A DNA stretch of 64,000 bases from Candidatus Binatia bacterium (GCA_951813575.1 OX638375.1:3731330-3795329), one strand, 5' to 3'. Numbered from the stretch's first letter, positions 7,961-18,827 are shown. The notes: a model not told the origin generated them from the letters alone. Program-made: numbers and translations.

Positions 7961-10948
7961 TCACCCGGCATCAGGAAAGAACCTCTCGTAGCAGGCGCGG
8001 ATACGATCCCGGCGTTTTTCGTAGTCCCGCAGCAAGGCAGCGCCCGGCGACCCGCGCCCCTTCTCCCCGTAGCCGAGGGCCAGGGCCACGGCCCGAAGCC
8101 GGCCCGGCTGGCGTTCCAGAACGTGGGTGTCCTGGTCCCGCTCGAGCCGCAAGCGATGGCCCAGGCGGCGCAGGAAGGTATACCCTTCCACCAGGGTCCG
8201 GTAGTCCCGGGCGCCGAGGAGCCGCAACTCCCGGAGCGCGGCCGCCGCGCCCAGGGTGTCCCGTTGGCGCAACGCGGCGTGTTGGTGCCCGAAACGCAAC
8301 TGCAGCATCTGCACCAGGAACTCCACGTCGACCAACCCGCCGCGCCCGGTCTTGACGTCGAATCGGGAGCCGTCCTCGCGCGCCAGCTCCCGCTCCATAC
8401 GCATGCGCAGCCCGTCGATCTCGTTCAGGTCTTCTCCGCTGAAGTTGTCCTGGTAGGCGAAGCGTTGGGCAATGGCCTCGGCGTCGGCGCCCAGCCCGGG
8501 ATCGCCGGCGACGAAACGGGCCCGGATCAGGGCCTGCCGTTCCCATAGCTGCGAGCTGGTCTCATGGTAGCGGCGGAACGCTTCGAGGGAGGACACCAGC
8601 GGTCCCGACCGTCCGGAAGGCCGCAGCCGCATGTCGAGCTGGTACGCGATCCCTTCGGCCGTCGGCGCGGAGAGGCAGGCGATGAGCCGCTGCCCGAGGT
8701 GTACGTAGTACTCGTGGGCGCCGGCACCGTCGGCGGCCTCGGCGCCGTCGGGGCTGTCGTAGAGAAAGATGAGATCCAGGTCGGAGTTGTACTCGAGCTG
8801 CCGCTCGCCGAGCTTGCCCATGGCCAGCACCGCGAAGCGTCCGTCTTCCGGGGCCTCGTGCCTGCGTTCCATCTCGCTCCGGGCCAGTCCCAGGGCCGCT
8901 TCGAGGCAGGCTTCCGCGAGGTCCGTCAGTTGCGCCACGGTCTCGGCGAAACCCAGCTCCCCGCCGAGATCATGGAGGCCTAGCCGAATGAACTCCTCGA
9001 TGCGGTAGCGTCTCAGGCGGTCGAGGCGCTCCTCGATGTCGCCGGCTTCGTCGATGGCGGCCTCCAGCTCCGCCAGCATTTCCGCGCGGGTCTTGGCCAC
9101 GCGCGTGAGATCCACCCGAATCAGGCTGTCCAGCAGCTCGGGCCGGTTGACGAACAGGACCGACAGGAACTGGCTGTTGGCGAACAGGTCGATGAGCAGG
9201 CGCGTGGTCTTGGGATTCTCCGCCAGCAGGGTGAGGAAGCCGGTGCGGGCGCCGATGCGGCGGCCGAACTCGGCCATGTGGTGCAGCGCCTGCTGTGGTT
9301 CCGCCGAGTCCAGGATGGTCTTCATCAAGGCCGGCATGAGGTCCCGCATGACCTTGCGGCGTTTGGGGCCGGGAGGGGTGGCGCCGCTTCCGTCCCGCAC
9401 CGCCAGCAGGTCCTCGTGGGCCTTGGCGGCGTCGGCGAATCCGCGTTCCTCGAGCTCCCGTACGACTCGTTCCCGTTGCTCCAGGTCCTGCCACACTTCG
9501 GCCTCGGGCCGGCCTCCCTGGGCGGAGATCTCTTTCCGCGCGCCGTAGAAGAGCCGGTCGAAGGCGCCGTGCACCACTCCGGTCTGCTTCCGGTAGTCGT
9601 TCCAGAAGGCATCGGTTTCACCCCCGGGCGGGTCGAGGTAGCCCAGCCGCCGCGCCAGGGCCCGCTGCCGGTCCGCCGCCGCCGGGATCTCATGCGACTG
9701 CTCGTGGGCGAAGATCTGGATCTTGTGCTCCGCGTCCCGGAGGAACCGGTAGGCGGCGCCGAGCGCCTCGCTCTCGGCCGCGGGGAGGTAGCCGCACCGG
9801 GCCAGCGCGGCCAGGGCGTCGAGGGTGCCGCGTTGCCGGATCTGGGGGTCGTACCCGCCGTTCACCAGTTGCAGGGCCTGGGTGAAGAACTCCACTTCCC
9901 GGATGCCGCCGTGCCCAAGCTTGAGATTCCGCTCGCGGCGGTCGCCGTCGGCGAGTTGTTGCCGTTCGATGCGCGCCTTCATGTCGCGCAGTTCCTCCAC
10001 CGTGGAATAGTCCAGGTAACGGCGGTAGACGAACGGCCTGACGTCGTCGAGAAAGGCTTCGCCCAACTCCACGTCCCCGGCCACGGGTCTGGCCTTGATC
10101 AAGGCCGAACGCTCCCAACACAGGCCCCAGGACTCGTAGTAGAGCAGCGCCGCGCCCACGGGTTGCGCGGCGGGTCCCTGGCTGCCCATGGGACGAAGCC
10201 GCAGGTCGGTGCGGAACACCAGGCCGTCCTCGGTAAGCTCGCCCATGGCGCGGGTCAGGCGTTCGGCCAGTTGGCCGAAGAACTCCGGCGGCGAGACCGC
10301 CCGGCGGTTCGCCGGCTCGTCGGTCTCGTACAGGTAGATGAGGTCGATGTCCGAGCTGAAGTTGAGCTCGCCGCCTCCCAGCTTGCCCATGCCCAGTATC
10401 ACGAAGCGGTTGTCCCGGGACGTGCGGGGAAGTTTCACGCGGCCGTGTTGCCGTTCGAGGCCGGCGCGGCAGAACCGGTAGGCGGCGTCCAGCATGACGT
10501 CGGCGAGGGTCGTCAGCTCCGCCATGGTTTCCTCCACCGGCGCCAGCGAGCCGAGGTCGCGGCCGCCGATGCGAAGGAACTCCCGCTGTTTGTGACGCCG
10601 CAACCGGCGGTAGAACCGTTCCGGAGTCTCCTCCCCGGAGGTCCGGCCGAGCTCCGCAGCATGCCGGGCGGACGACTTGGGTCCGGTGCGGATCACCCGG
10701 GTGAACGTCTCGGCCCATGCATCGCCCTCGTTGATGAGGATGTCCGCGAGGTAGGCGCTGCCGCCGAGGATCCGTAGCAGGATCCGCAGATCCGCCGGCG
10801 TCAGGCTTGCCAGCGGCGCGCTGCCGCCGGATTCCACCAGCCGGCCGAGTTGCACCAAGGCCGTGCCGGGGGACGCCGCCGATCGGGCCAGGCGTTGCAG
10901 CCGGCGCCGCTCGGACGGTGAGAGTCCTGTCAGGTTGCGCCTACTCAT
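7961..10948 (-). CDS. glnE: Bifunctional glutamine synthetase adenylyltransferase/deadenylase
   Basis: Two NTase domains: GMGKLGGGELNFSSDIDL and AMGKLGERQLEYNSDLDL; DLRLRP and DMRLRPSG. Confidence 0.93.
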   Translation of the reverse strand: MSRRNLTGLSPSERRRLQRLARSAASPGTALVQLGRLVESGGSAPLASLTPADLRILLRILGGSAYLADILINEGDAWAETFTRVIRTGPKSSARHAAELGRTSGEETPERFYRRLRRHKQREFLRIGGRDLGSLAPVEETMAELTTLADVMLDAAYRFCRAGLERQHGRVKLPRTSRDNRFVILGMGKLGGGELNFSSDIDLIYLYETDEPANRRAVSPPEFFGQLAERLTRAMGELTEDGLVFRTDLRLRPMGSQGPAAQPVGAALLYYESWGLCWERSALIKARPVAGDVELGEAFLDDVRPFVYRRYLDYSTVEELRDMKARIERQQLADGDRRERNLKLGHGGIREVEFFTQALQLVNGGYDPQIRQRGTLDALAALARCGYLPAAESEALGAAYRFLRDAEHKIQIFAHEQSHEIPAAADRQRALARRLGYLDPPGGETDAFWNDYRKQTGVVHGAFDRLFYGARKEISAQGGRPEAEVWQDLEQRERVVRELEERGFADAAKAHEDLLAVRDGSGATPPGPKRRKVMRDLMPALMKTILDSAEPQQALHHMAEFGRRIGARTGFLTLLAENPKTTRLLIDLFANSQFLSVLFVNRPELLDSLIRVDLTRVAKTRAEMLAELEAAIDEAGDIEERLDRLRRYRIEEFIRLGLHDLGGELGFAETVAQLTDLAEACLEAALGLARSEMERRHEAPEDGRFAVLAMGKLGERQLEYNSDLDLIFLYDSPDGAEAADGAGAHEYYVHLGQRLIACLSAPTAEGIAYQLDMRLRPSGRSGPLVSSLEAFRRYHETSSQLWERQALIRARFVAGDPGLGADAEAIAQRFAYQDNFSGEDLNEIDGLRMRMERELAREDGSRFDVKTGRGGLVDVEFLVQMLQLRFGHQHAALRQRDTLGAAAALRELRLLGARDYRTLVEGYTFLRRLGHRLRLERDQDTHVLERQPGRLRAVALALGYGEKGRGSPGAALLRDYEKRRDRIRACYERFFPDAG

Positions 10949-10990
10949 GGAAGTCCCGGCCGCGCGGACGGGGTTTCGTTACCGCGGCAA

Positions 10991-11018
10991 TTGACGCAGT
11001 ATTGCCGAAGAATATAGA
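10991..11018 (+). promoter_or_regulatory. Candidate sigma-70 promoter of the HPF gene
   Basis: TTGACG-N16-TATAGA. Confidence 0.4.
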
Positions 11019-11047
11019 AAGGAGAAGAGACTAGAAGGGAGGGACCG

Positions 11048-11461
11048 ATGAAACTCGAACTGCAAGTGACCTTTCGCGACGTGGAACCCTCTCGCGGTAT
11101 CGAGCAGGCCATCCGCGACAAGGCGGCCAAGCTCGACCAGTTCTATGACCGCATCACGAGCTGCCGGGTCGTGGTGGCCGCGCCACACCGTCACCATCAC
11201 AAGGGCAGGCTCTACAACGTCCGAATCGACCTGACGGTGCCCGGCGGCGAGTTGGTGGTGAACCGCGACAACAGTCACGCGGCAGCGCACCACGACGTCA
11301 ACGTGGCCATTCGGGACGCGTTCGATGCGGCGAGGCGGCAGATACAGGATTTTGCCCGTCGACGGCGCGGTGAGGTGAAGAGCCACTCGGTGACGCCGCC
11401 GGGGCAGGTCACCGAGGAGCCTCTCAGTCCTGAAGGTTCAGTTCTGCTACCGCGGTCCTGA
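11048..11461 (+). CDS. HPF/RaiA-family ribosome-associated protein
   Basis: [48 protein letters not shown]. Confidence 0.82.
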   Translation: MKLELQVTFRDVEPSRGIEQAIRDKAAKLDQFYDRITSCRVVVAAPHRHHHKGRLYNVRIDLTVPGGELVVNRDNSHAAAHHDVNVAIRDAFDAARRQIQDFARRRRGEVKSHSVTPPGQVTEEPLSPEGSVLLPRS

Positions 11462-12941
11462 GCTTTCTCAGCGCTCGTTGCTCGATCTGGCGAATGCGTT
11501 CCCGCGTCAGCGAGAAACGCTCGCCGAGCTCTTCCAGGGTGTAGTCCCGCACTTCGCCGATGCCGAAGCGGAACCGCAGCACGGCTTCCTCGCGCGGCGG
11601 CAGGGTGGCGAGGACCCGCTTGACCTTGTCGCGCAGGTTGGCGTGAATGGTCTGGTCCAGGGGCTTGGAGATGTGCTTGTCCTCGACGAAGTCGCCGAGC
11701 CGGCTCTCTTCGTCGTCGCCCATGGGCGTCTCCAGCGAAACCGGTTCCTTGACGATGCGCATCAGCCTGCGGATCTCGTCGGTGGTCAGCCCCATCTCGG
11801 TGGCCACTTCATCCGGCTGCGGCTCTCTCCCGAGCTTGCGGTGGAGCGACCGGTGGGCACGGATGAGCTTGTTCCGGGTCTCGATCATGTGAACCGGGAT
11901 GCGGATGGTCGGCGCCGAGTCGATGATGCCGCGGGTGATGCTCTGCCGGATCCACCAGCCCGCGTAGGTCGAGAACCGGTAGCCCAGCCGATAGTCGAAC
12001 TTCTCCGCCGCGCGCATCAGGCCGACGTTGCCCTCCTGAATCAGGTCCAGGAACTGAAGCCCCCGGTTGCCGTATTTCTTCGCCAGACTGACGACGAGTC
12101 TCAGGTTGGCCTCGATGAGCACCTTCTTCGCGGATGAGGCCTTGTACTCGGCGGCGTCGATCGCTTCCACCTGACACGCGATATCGGCCGCCGTAGTTTC
12201 GAGGGCGTCCTCGACGGCCTGTATCTCGGCGGCGATTCGCTTGGCCGCATTGCCTCGCGTATGGGTGCGGGCCTGTTCCCGCAACTCGACGATGGCCCGG
12301 TGCGATTCCTTGAGGGTCTCGCCGACCTCGTCGATCCACTCCTTGGAAAGGCGCAGCCCCTTCACCGAGTCGATGATCCGGTTCTCCTTCTTGCCGAGGT
12401 CGGCTTCCAGCACCACCCGGCGCTTCTGGGAGGTCCGCTTTCGGGCGATCTCTCTCCGGATGCGTCGCTGGTCCTCGACAAGACCGCGGAGCACGTTGAT
12501 TCCCTTGAGAAAGCGGCGGCGCTCGGTGGTCTCGTCGAACGCGGTGCCGTCATCGTCCAGCATCAGCACACGGTCCAGCCCCGTTTCGTTCTTCTTGATC
12601 CGCTCGGCGAGGTCGAGCACGCGACGGACCGTATAGGGCGAGGCGAGGACGCTGGCGATGTACTCGTCCTGCCCCTGCTCCATCTGCATCCCGAGCTGTA
12701 CCTCGCGCTCCCGCGTCAACAGGGGGGTGGAGCCGATGTCCCGCAGATAGAGCGACACCGGATCGGTCTTTTCGTCCACCCGGTCGCTGTCCACCGGAAC
12801 GGGGCTCTGCGGAGACCCCTCCGAAAACGACGCGCTCCGCTCCTCTTCCTCGACTTCTCCTATGGAGATGTCGTCAAGCTCGTCGATTGAGTCGTCCATC
12901 GCCTCCTCGGTGTCTTCGATGTTCAAGGCTCTCTCCATCAT
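11424..12941 (-). CDS. RpoD-like sigma-70 factor lacking region 1.1 (paralogue)
   Basis: Region 1.2 [11 protein letters not shown]; region 2 [13 protein letters not shown]...DLIQEGN; region 4 TRERIRQIE. Confidence 0.9.
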   Translation of the reverse strand: MMERALNIEDTEEAMDDSIDELDDISIGEVEEEERSASFSEGSPQSPVPVDSDRVDEKTDPVSLYLRDIGSTPLLTREREVQLGMQMEQGQDEYIASVLASPYTVRRVLDLAERIKKNETGLDRVLMLDDDGTAFDETTERRRFLKGINVLRGLVEDQRRIRREIARKRTSQKRRVVLEADLGKKENRIIDSVKGLRLSKEWIDEVGETLKESHRAIVELREQARTHTRGNAAKRIAAEIQAVEDALETTAADIACQVEAIDAAEYKASSAKKVLIEANLRLVVSLAKKYGNRGLQFLDLIQEGNVGLMRAAEKFDYRLGYRFSTYAGWWIRQSITRGIIDSAPTIRIPVHMIETRNKLIRAHRSLHRKLGREPQPDEVATEMGLTTDEIRRLMRIVKEPVSLETPMGDDEESRLGDFVEDKHISKPLDQTIHANLRDKVKRVLATLPPREEAVLRFRFGIGEVRDYTLEELGERFSLTRERIRQIEQRALRKLRTAVAELNLQD

Positions 12942-13253
12942 CGTTGGCTTCCACCATGATTCATCACGCCGTCGCTCGAAGAGCCCGGCTCCTTCCAGCG
13001 GGCCGGCAATCCGACAATTCGCAGATTAAAAGTGTCCGCAACCATCGCGAAACCTCAATGCTCCGGCTTGACTGGCCGACCGGCGCATGATCAAGGGATC
13101 GGCGGTACAGACACAAATGTGAAATTATGTGTTGGGACAGTCCCTGTGGACCCAACAAGACTAAGTAGCGGTCCTTGAGGAGTATCAGCAACAACCTATG
13201 ATATCATCGAAAATTATCGTTGTCAAGCACCTGGTTAGCGGGTTTCCGGGGCC

Positions 13254-14663
13254 TCACTTGTCGTCCCGGAGACCGTATTTTCGAAGCTTGTATCGGAGCG
13301 CCCGCTCGCTGATGCCGAGATTGTCCGCCGCCTTGGTCTGGACGCCGCCGGCGGCGTCCAGGGCCTCGACGATCATGCGCCGTTCCATCCCTTCCACCAC
13401 CGCCGAAAGATTGGTCTGGTCGTCCGCGCCGGTCCGGGTTTCCTTGATGGTCAGCGGCAGCTCGCCGAGGCTGACGACGTCGTCGCGGGTGAGCACGATG
13501 GCGCGTTCCACCAGGTTCTCCAGCTCGCGAACGTTGCCGGGGTAGTCGTACCGCAGCAGGGCGTCACGGGCGTCGCGGGAGAAACCCTGGATCGGCTTGC
13601 CGTTTTTCTCGGCGAATTTCCGGAGGAAGTGCTCGATGAGCGCGGGGAGGTCCTGGCGGCGCTCACGCAGGGGAGGCAGGATGATGGTCACCACGTTGAG
13701 GCGGTAGTAGAGGTCCTCGCGGAAGCTGCCCTCCCGCATGAGTTGCTCGAGATCCCTGTGCGTCGCCGTGATGATGCGCACGTCGGTGGTAATGGCGCGG
13801 TTCGAGCCCACCCGCTCGAATTCCTTTTCCTGCAGCACACGCAGCAGCTTTGCCTGCAGATGGGCGGGCAGGTCGCCGATCTCGTCCAGAAACAGGGTGC
13901 CCCCGTCGGCGATTTCGAAGCGGCCCTTGCGCATGGCGAACGCGCCGGTGAACGCACCCTTCTCGTGCCCGAACAGCTCCGATTCCAGCAGGGTTTCAGG
14001 CAACGCGGCGCAGTTCACCTTCACCAGGGGTCCGGACCTGCGGTCGCTGGCGTAATGGATGGCCTTGGCGATAAGCTCCTTGCCGGTGCCGCTCTCCCCG
14101 CGAAGCAGGACGGTGGCATCGCTGGGGGCCACCCGCCGCACCAGGTCGAGGACTTCCTGCATCTGGCCGCTCTCCCCGATGATGCCCTCGATGCGATGGC
14201 GTTCCTGGAGCGCTTCCCGGAGTTGGGTGTTCTCCCGCACCAGTTGGTGGCTGCGCTTGACCCGCTCGATGCGCAGCAGCAGCTCCTCCAGGTTCAGCGG
14301 CTTGGTGAGGTAGTCGGTGGCCCCGTCCTGCATGGCGGAGACCGCGGTCTCGATGCTTCCGTATGCCGTCATGATGATGACGGCCACCTCGGGGTCCACC
14401 CCGCGGCACTGCTTCAACAGATCGAGCCCCGACATCTCCGACATCCGCTGATCCGTCAGCACCAGATCGAACGGTTCCTTGCGGAACCTCTCCAGCGCCC
14501 GGCCGGCGCTTTCCATCAGCGCCACCTCGAAACCCGCCTTGCGCAGGAAGCCGCCGACGAACTCGAGTTGCGTGCGCTCATCGTCCACCACCATCACGTG
14601 GAAGCGGTCCCCGTGGCCCGAAACCCGCGATTCGGTGTCTTCTCGATAGGCCTGTTCGGTCAT
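13254..14663 (-). CDS. Sigma-54-dependent response regulator (NtrC/ZraR/AtoC type)
   Basis: Receiver domain, GESGTGKE, GAFTGA, Fis-type HTH; start codon approximate. Confidence 0.92.
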   Translation of the reverse strand: MTEQAYREDTESRVSGHGDRFHVMVVDDERTQLEFVGGFLRKAGFEVALMESAGRALERFRKEPFDLVLTDQRMSEMSGLDLLKQCRGVDPEVAVIIMTAYGSIETAVSAMQDGATDYLTKPLNLEELLLRIERVKRSHQLVRENTQLREALQERHRIEGIIGESGQMQEVLDLVRRVAPSDATVLLRGESGTGKELIAKAIHYASDRRSGPLVKVNCAALPETLLESELFGHEKGAFTGAFAMRKGRFEIADGGTLFLDEIGDLPAHLQAKLLRVLQEKEFERVGSNRAITTDVRIITATHRDLEQLMREGSFREDLYYRLNVVTIILPPLRERRQDLPALIEHFLRKFAEKNGKPIQGFSRDARDALLRYDYPGNVRELENLVERAIVLTRDDVVSLGELPLTIKETRTGADDQTNLSAVVEGMERRMIVEALDAAGGVQTKAADNLGISERALRYKLRKYGLRDDK

Positions 14664-14711
14664 TTCAGTGCCCGTCATCCGCGGTCCGGGCCCCCGCGGC
14701 TCCCCGCCCGC

Positions 14712-16421
14712 TCATGTGAGCGTGTGGTCCAGCGGAAGAACGATCTCGAACCGGCTGCCGCTTCCCGCCGTACTGGTCACGTCAAGCGTTCCGCCATGGC
14801 CTTCGATGATCCGGCGCGCGATGGCCAGGCCCAATCCGGAACCGTCGGTCTTGGTGGTGAAGTAGGGCTCGAAAATCCGCGCCAGGTTCTCCGGCTCGAT
14901 GCCGACGCCGGTGTCGCTGACCGAGAGCCGCATCCGCGAGTCCCGCACGGCCGTCTCGATGGTGAGCTTGCCGCCTTCCGGCATGGCCTGAAGACCGTTG
15001 AGGATGAGATTCAGCAGCACCTGCTTGAGGTAGTCGGGATCGGCCTTGACCACCGGCCGCGGCCCGTGGTTCATCACGGCGATCTCCACCCCGGCCGCGG
15101 CGGCGTCGCTTTGGGTCAACGTGGTCAACTCGTTCAGCAACTGGTCCACCTTGACCAGATCGGTCTTCATGCTCAATGGACGCGCCAGAGACAGGAATTC
15201 CTCGACGATGGCGTTCAACCGGTGGACCTCACCGCGCATCAGCTCGATGAAATGGGTGTACTCGCCCTCGTCCTGGGTGGGCTTGAACTCGGCCCTGAGA
15301 CGTTGCAGCCCCATGGAGATGGCGTTGAGGGGGTTTCGGACCTCGTGAGCCACGGTGGCCGCGAGATTGCCCATCATGGAGAGGTGCTCGCGCCGTTCCA
15401 CCTCGGCCTCCAGGGCCTTGATCTCCTGCATGTGGAACCGCTGGTTGTACAGGATCGCGGCAAACCCCAGCATGCCCAGGGCCAGTATGCCGCAGCCGAG
15501 GCCCACCATGGACCACAGGCTCTGCCACCAGGCCGCGTCCACGGAGTCCATGGAAAGGCCGATCCTCAGGAACCCCATGGGGTCGTCGTCCAGCGTGATG
15601 GGCTTCACCAGCTCGTAACGCCGGCCCCCGCCCTCGGTCTGCGCGATGCGATGGGCCGACCGTTGGCTGGCGCGGGCCCTGGCGGTCAGGTCGTCTCCCA
15701 TCCGGGTCCCCACCAGCGCCGGCTCGGTGTGAGCGAGCACGGTGAAGTCGTTGTCGAGAAGCGCGAGCTGGTGGATTTCGTCTTGCCGTCCCAGGTCCTG
15801 GATCTGGCGCTGCACGCCGATCTCGCGCTGCAGCTTCAGCATGTAGGAGGCGTCGGCGTGGACGGCGATGAAGCCGGGGAAGCTGCGCGCCTCCAGCGCC
15901 ACGCCGAAGACGCTGTCCTCCCAGAACTTGTGCTGGGGAAGGGCGGGCGGCTGCCCCGGGAACCGTGACCACAACCTGCCCCAGATGTGCACCTCTGCCT
16001 TGCGGCCGGCCCATCGCTCCCGAAACCCCGCCAGGAGGTCCCCTATCTGGGGCGGCTCGAAACCGGTGTGCGAGACCCAGGGACGGCCCTGGAGGTCCAG
16101 GAGCTCGACCTTGTAGAGGTCGTTGATGGCGCTGATGCGCTGCACCAGGACCGCGGGCGGATTGGCGGTCAGGAGCCGGTCGATGACGCGCGCGTTGTCC
16201 AGCAGGCGTTTCCTTACCAACTCCTCTATCAGCGCATTGCCCTTGATGGACTTCTTCGCGCTGGTCTCCATGGTCTTGGTCAGGGCCAGGGCCTTGACCT
16301 CCACCTGCCGCACCAGCTCCTCCTCCAGCCAGCGGCTCTCGTAGAAGACGTAGAGCGAGAACAGCACCAGCAGCAGCAGGACGGAGGCGAGAAAATAGGG
16401 GACCAGGGAAGAGCGTTTCAT
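14712..16421 (-). CDS. Membrane sensor histidine kinase (ZraS-like)
   Basis: Two TM segments, H-box VAHEVRNPLN, N box, G1 DTGVG, G2 GSGLGL. Confidence 0.9.
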   Translation of the reverse strand: MKRSSLVPYFLASVLLLLVLFSLYVFYESRWLEEELVRQVEVKALALTKTMETSAKKSIKGNALIEELVRKRLLDNARVIDRLLTANPPAVLVQRISAINDLYKVELLDLQGRPWVSHTGFEPPQIGDLLAGFRERWAGRKAEVHIWGRLWSRFPGQPPALPQHKFWEDSVFGVALEARSFPGFIAVHADASYMLKLQREIGVQRQIQDLGRQDEIHQLALLDNDFTVLAHTEPALVGTRMGDDLTARARASQRSAHRIAQTEGGGRRYELVKPITLDDDPMGFLRIGLSMDSVDAAWWQSLWSMVGLGCGILALGMLGFAAILYNQRFHMQEIKALEAEVERREHLSMMGNLAATVAHEVRNPLNAISMGLQRLRAEFKPTQDEGEYTHFIELMRGEVHRLNAIVEEFLSLARPLSMKTDLVKVDQLLNELTTLTQSDAAAAGVEIAVMNHGPRPVVKADPDYLKQVLLNLILNGLQAMPEGGKLTIETAVRDSRMRLSVSDTGVGIEPENLARIFEPYFTTKTDGSGLGLAIARRIIEGHGGTLDVTSTAGSGSRFEIVLPLDHTLT

Positions 16422-16441
16422 GGTTTTCGCGGGCGTTTCAA

Positions 16442-16473
16442 GTGGCGGGGAAGGGCGCACCCTTCCCCGCCAC
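16442..16473. terminator. Perfect 14-bp hairpin between degQ-like gene and kinase
   Basis: GTGGCGGGGAAGGG-CGCA-CCCTTCCCCGCCAC; no clear U-tract. Confidence 0.5.
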
Positions 16474-16476
16474 TCC

Positions 16477-16504
16477 ATTATACAAACGGACCCCGGCTTG
16501 GCAA
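16477..16504 (-). promoter_or_regulatory. Internal sigma-70-type promoter for HK-RR
   Basis: TTGCCA-N16-TATAAT on the minus strand. Confidence 0.55.
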
Positions 16505-16639
16505 CAACCGACAAACCGGCGCCGGGGTGCCGTCAAGCGCAAAAAGGGGAGGGCCGCGGGACGACGCTCCGCCCCGTGACCCTCCCCCGGATGTGTTCGG
16601 CCGTCCAGGACCGAGACTTCCGAACGCCGGCGCCTGGGC

Positions 16640-18118
16640 TCAGGTCTTGGCGGCGAAGAACCGCGTGACTTCGCCCCGCTTCACCAGGAACAGGGTGCCG
16701 CGGCCCTTGTCCGCCTCCTTCAGAGCCTTGCCGTAGTCCGCCAGCGTCTCCACCGGGGTCCGATTGACCTCAAGGATCACGTCCCCCTGACGCAACCCGG
16801 CCTCATCCGCGGCACTGCCGGGTTTCACCGTGGTGACGACGACTCCTTCGGCACGCTTCATGGACAGTTTCTTGGCGATCTCGGGGGTCACCTCCTGCAC
16901 CGTGAGGCCCAGATCGGAGGCCTGCTGTTCCACCGCCGCGGCGGTCTCCTCTCCCTGCAGCTTGCCGATGCGCACCGTCAGGGTCTCTTCGCCGCCGTCG
17001 CGAAGGACCTTCACCCCCACCTCTTTCCCCACCGGGGTCCTCGCGACGATCAGGGGAAGGTCGCGAGCCTGCTTGACCGGGATGCTGTCGAACTCGACGA
17101 TGACGTCGCCGGCCTTGAATCCCGCCTCCTTCGCCGGAGTGTCAGGCAACACCTTGGACACGAGCGCCCCGCCCGACTCCTTCACGCCCAGGGACTCGGC
17201 CAGCAGCGGCGTCATCCTCTGGAAGCCTATCCCCAGCCACCCGCGGGTCACCTGTCCTTCATTCTGGAGCTGCGGGAGCAGCTCTTTGACGAGGTTGATG
17301 GGGATGGCGAAGCCGATGCCGACGTTGCCGCCGCCACGGCTGTAGATGGCGGTGTTCACGCCCACCACCTCACCCCGGTGATTGACGAGCGGACCGCCGG
17401 AATTGCCCGGGTTGATGGAGGCGTCGGTCTGGATGAAGTTGTCGTAGGGCCCGGACCCGATCCGGCGGCCCTTGGCGCTGACGATACCGGCGGTGACGGT
17501 GCCGTCAAGCCCGAACGGGTTGCCGATGGCCAGCACGCCTTCGCCGATCTCCAGCTTGTCGGAATCGCCCAGCGGCACGGTGGGCAGCTCGTAGCCGGAG
17601 TCGATCCGGATCAGCGCGACATCGGTCTTCTCGTCCGTGCCGATGATCTTCCCTTCGAACTCGTTCCCGTCAGGCAGGGTGACCGTGATGGCGGTGTTCT
17701 TCCGGCCCGCCACCACGTGATGGTTCGTCAGGATCAGCCCTTTGGAGTCGATGATCACGCCGGACCCGAACGCCTCGGTCCTGCGCGGCACCGAGGGCGT
17801 GCCGGGGCTGCCGAAGGGGCTGGGCATATTGAAGGGGGGCGCCTCGAAGAATTTGCGCCACTGCTCGGGCCATTGTTGGCCGAACGGAGACCACTGCGCC
17901 GACTGTGTCTCGCCCTTGGTGGTGATGTTGACCACCGCCGGGCTGGTGGCCTTGACGAGGTCCACGATGCTTTTTTCCGGCCGTTGGTCCGCGGCGGATT
18001 CGGTGGACGCGCGGAGAGGCTGCTGGTTGAAACCCGAGAGAAGGGCGATGACCGCGAGCAAGAGCGCGCCCACGCCCAACGCCTTGATGCATGTTTTACG
18101 ATATTGTTTAGAGAGCAT
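16640..18118 (-). CDS. Do/DegQ-family serine endoprotease with two PDZ domains
   Basis: Signal peptide, GSGVII..TNHHVV, IQTDASINPGNSGGPL. Confidence 0.95.
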   Translation of the reverse strand: MLSKQYRKTCIKALGVGALLLAVIALLSGFNQQPLRASTESAADQRPEKSIVDLVKATSPAVVNITTKGETQSAQWSPFGQQWPEQWRKFFEAPPFNMPSPFGSPGTPSVPRRTEAFGSGVIIDSKGLILTNHHVVAGRKNTAITVTLPDGNEFEGKIIGTDEKTDVALIRIDSGYELPTVPLGDSDKLEIGEGVLAIGNPFGLDGTVTAGIVSAKGRRIGSGPYDNFIQTDASINPGNSGGPLVNHRGEVVGVNTAIYSRGGGNVGIGFAIPINLVKELLPQLQNEGQVTRGWLGIGFQRMTPLLAESLGVKESGGALVSKVLPDTPAKEAGFKAGDVIVEFDSIPVKQARDLPLIVARTPVGKEVGVKVLRDGGEETLTVRIGKLQGEETAAAVEQQASDLGLTVQEVTPEIAKKLSMKRAEGVVVTTVKPGSAADEAGLRQGDVILEVNRTPVETLADYGKALKEADKGRGTLFLVKRGEVTRFFAAKT

Positions 18119-18156
18119 TGAGCTTCCTCCTTGAAGAATGGGTGCCCCTTGTTAAT

Positions 18157-18172
18157 AGCATCTTTCGTGCCA
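18157..18172 (-). promoter_or_regulatory. Sigma-54 -24/-12 promoter
   Basis: TGGCACGAAAGATGCT (GG-N10-GC), about 40 nt upstream of the protease ATG. Confidence 0.75.
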
Positions 18173-18338
18173 GCGGCCGATCCCTGCTAGAATGCAGGTT
18201 TTTCAAGGGGTTGCCCGGGTCCCGGTGCGAGGCGCCGCGCCCAAAGGGTCGAAAATGCTCGACGATTTCGTCGAGGCGGGCCGGACGGATTTCAGCGGGG
18301 AAGAGGTCCGCCGGAGGCCACTGGGGGCCCGCGTCCGG

Positions 18339-18803
18339 TCATTCGACCTCGAAGATGGACTCGATCTCCACGGGTATTCCGTTCGGCAGCGTCGCCATGC
18401 CCACGGCGGAGCGGGCGTGCTTGCCGATGCTCTCGCCGAACACCTCCACCATCAGGTCGGAGAAGCCGTTGATGACCTGCGGCGTTTTCTGGAATTCCGG
18501 GTCGGCGTTCACCATGCCCAGCACCTTGACGATACGCCGGACACGGTCGAGGCTCCCGAGCTCTGCCTGCAAGGTCACCAGGGCGTTCAACGCGGTCTGG
18601 CGCGCCGCCCGATAACCCTCTTCCACGGTGAGGTCGCGGCCCAGCTTGCCGCGCGAGATGGGCTTGCCGTCGTCGCCCAGGGGGCCGTGCCCGGCAAGGT
18701 AGAGCAGCGAGCCGGTCCTGACGGCGCTGACGTAGTTGGCCATGGGCCGGGGCCGGGGCGGCAGGCTCAGGTTCAATTCCTTCAGGCGTTCTTCCGCGCT
18801 CAT
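18339..18803 (-). CDS. RidA/YjgF-family protein
   Basis: ANYVSAVRTG.LLYLAGHGP, HARSAVGMATLP.GIPVEIE. Confidence 0.9.
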   Translation of the reverse strand: MSAEERLKELNLSLPPRPRPMANYVSAVRTGSLLYLAGHGPLGDDGKPISRGKLGRDLTVEEGYRAARQTALNALVTLQAELGSLDRVRRIVKVLGMVNADPEFQKTPQVINGFSDLMVEVFGESIGKHARSAVGMATLPNGIPVEIESIFEVE

Positions 18804-18827
18804 GTGGACCTCCTGGGGTTGCGTCCC

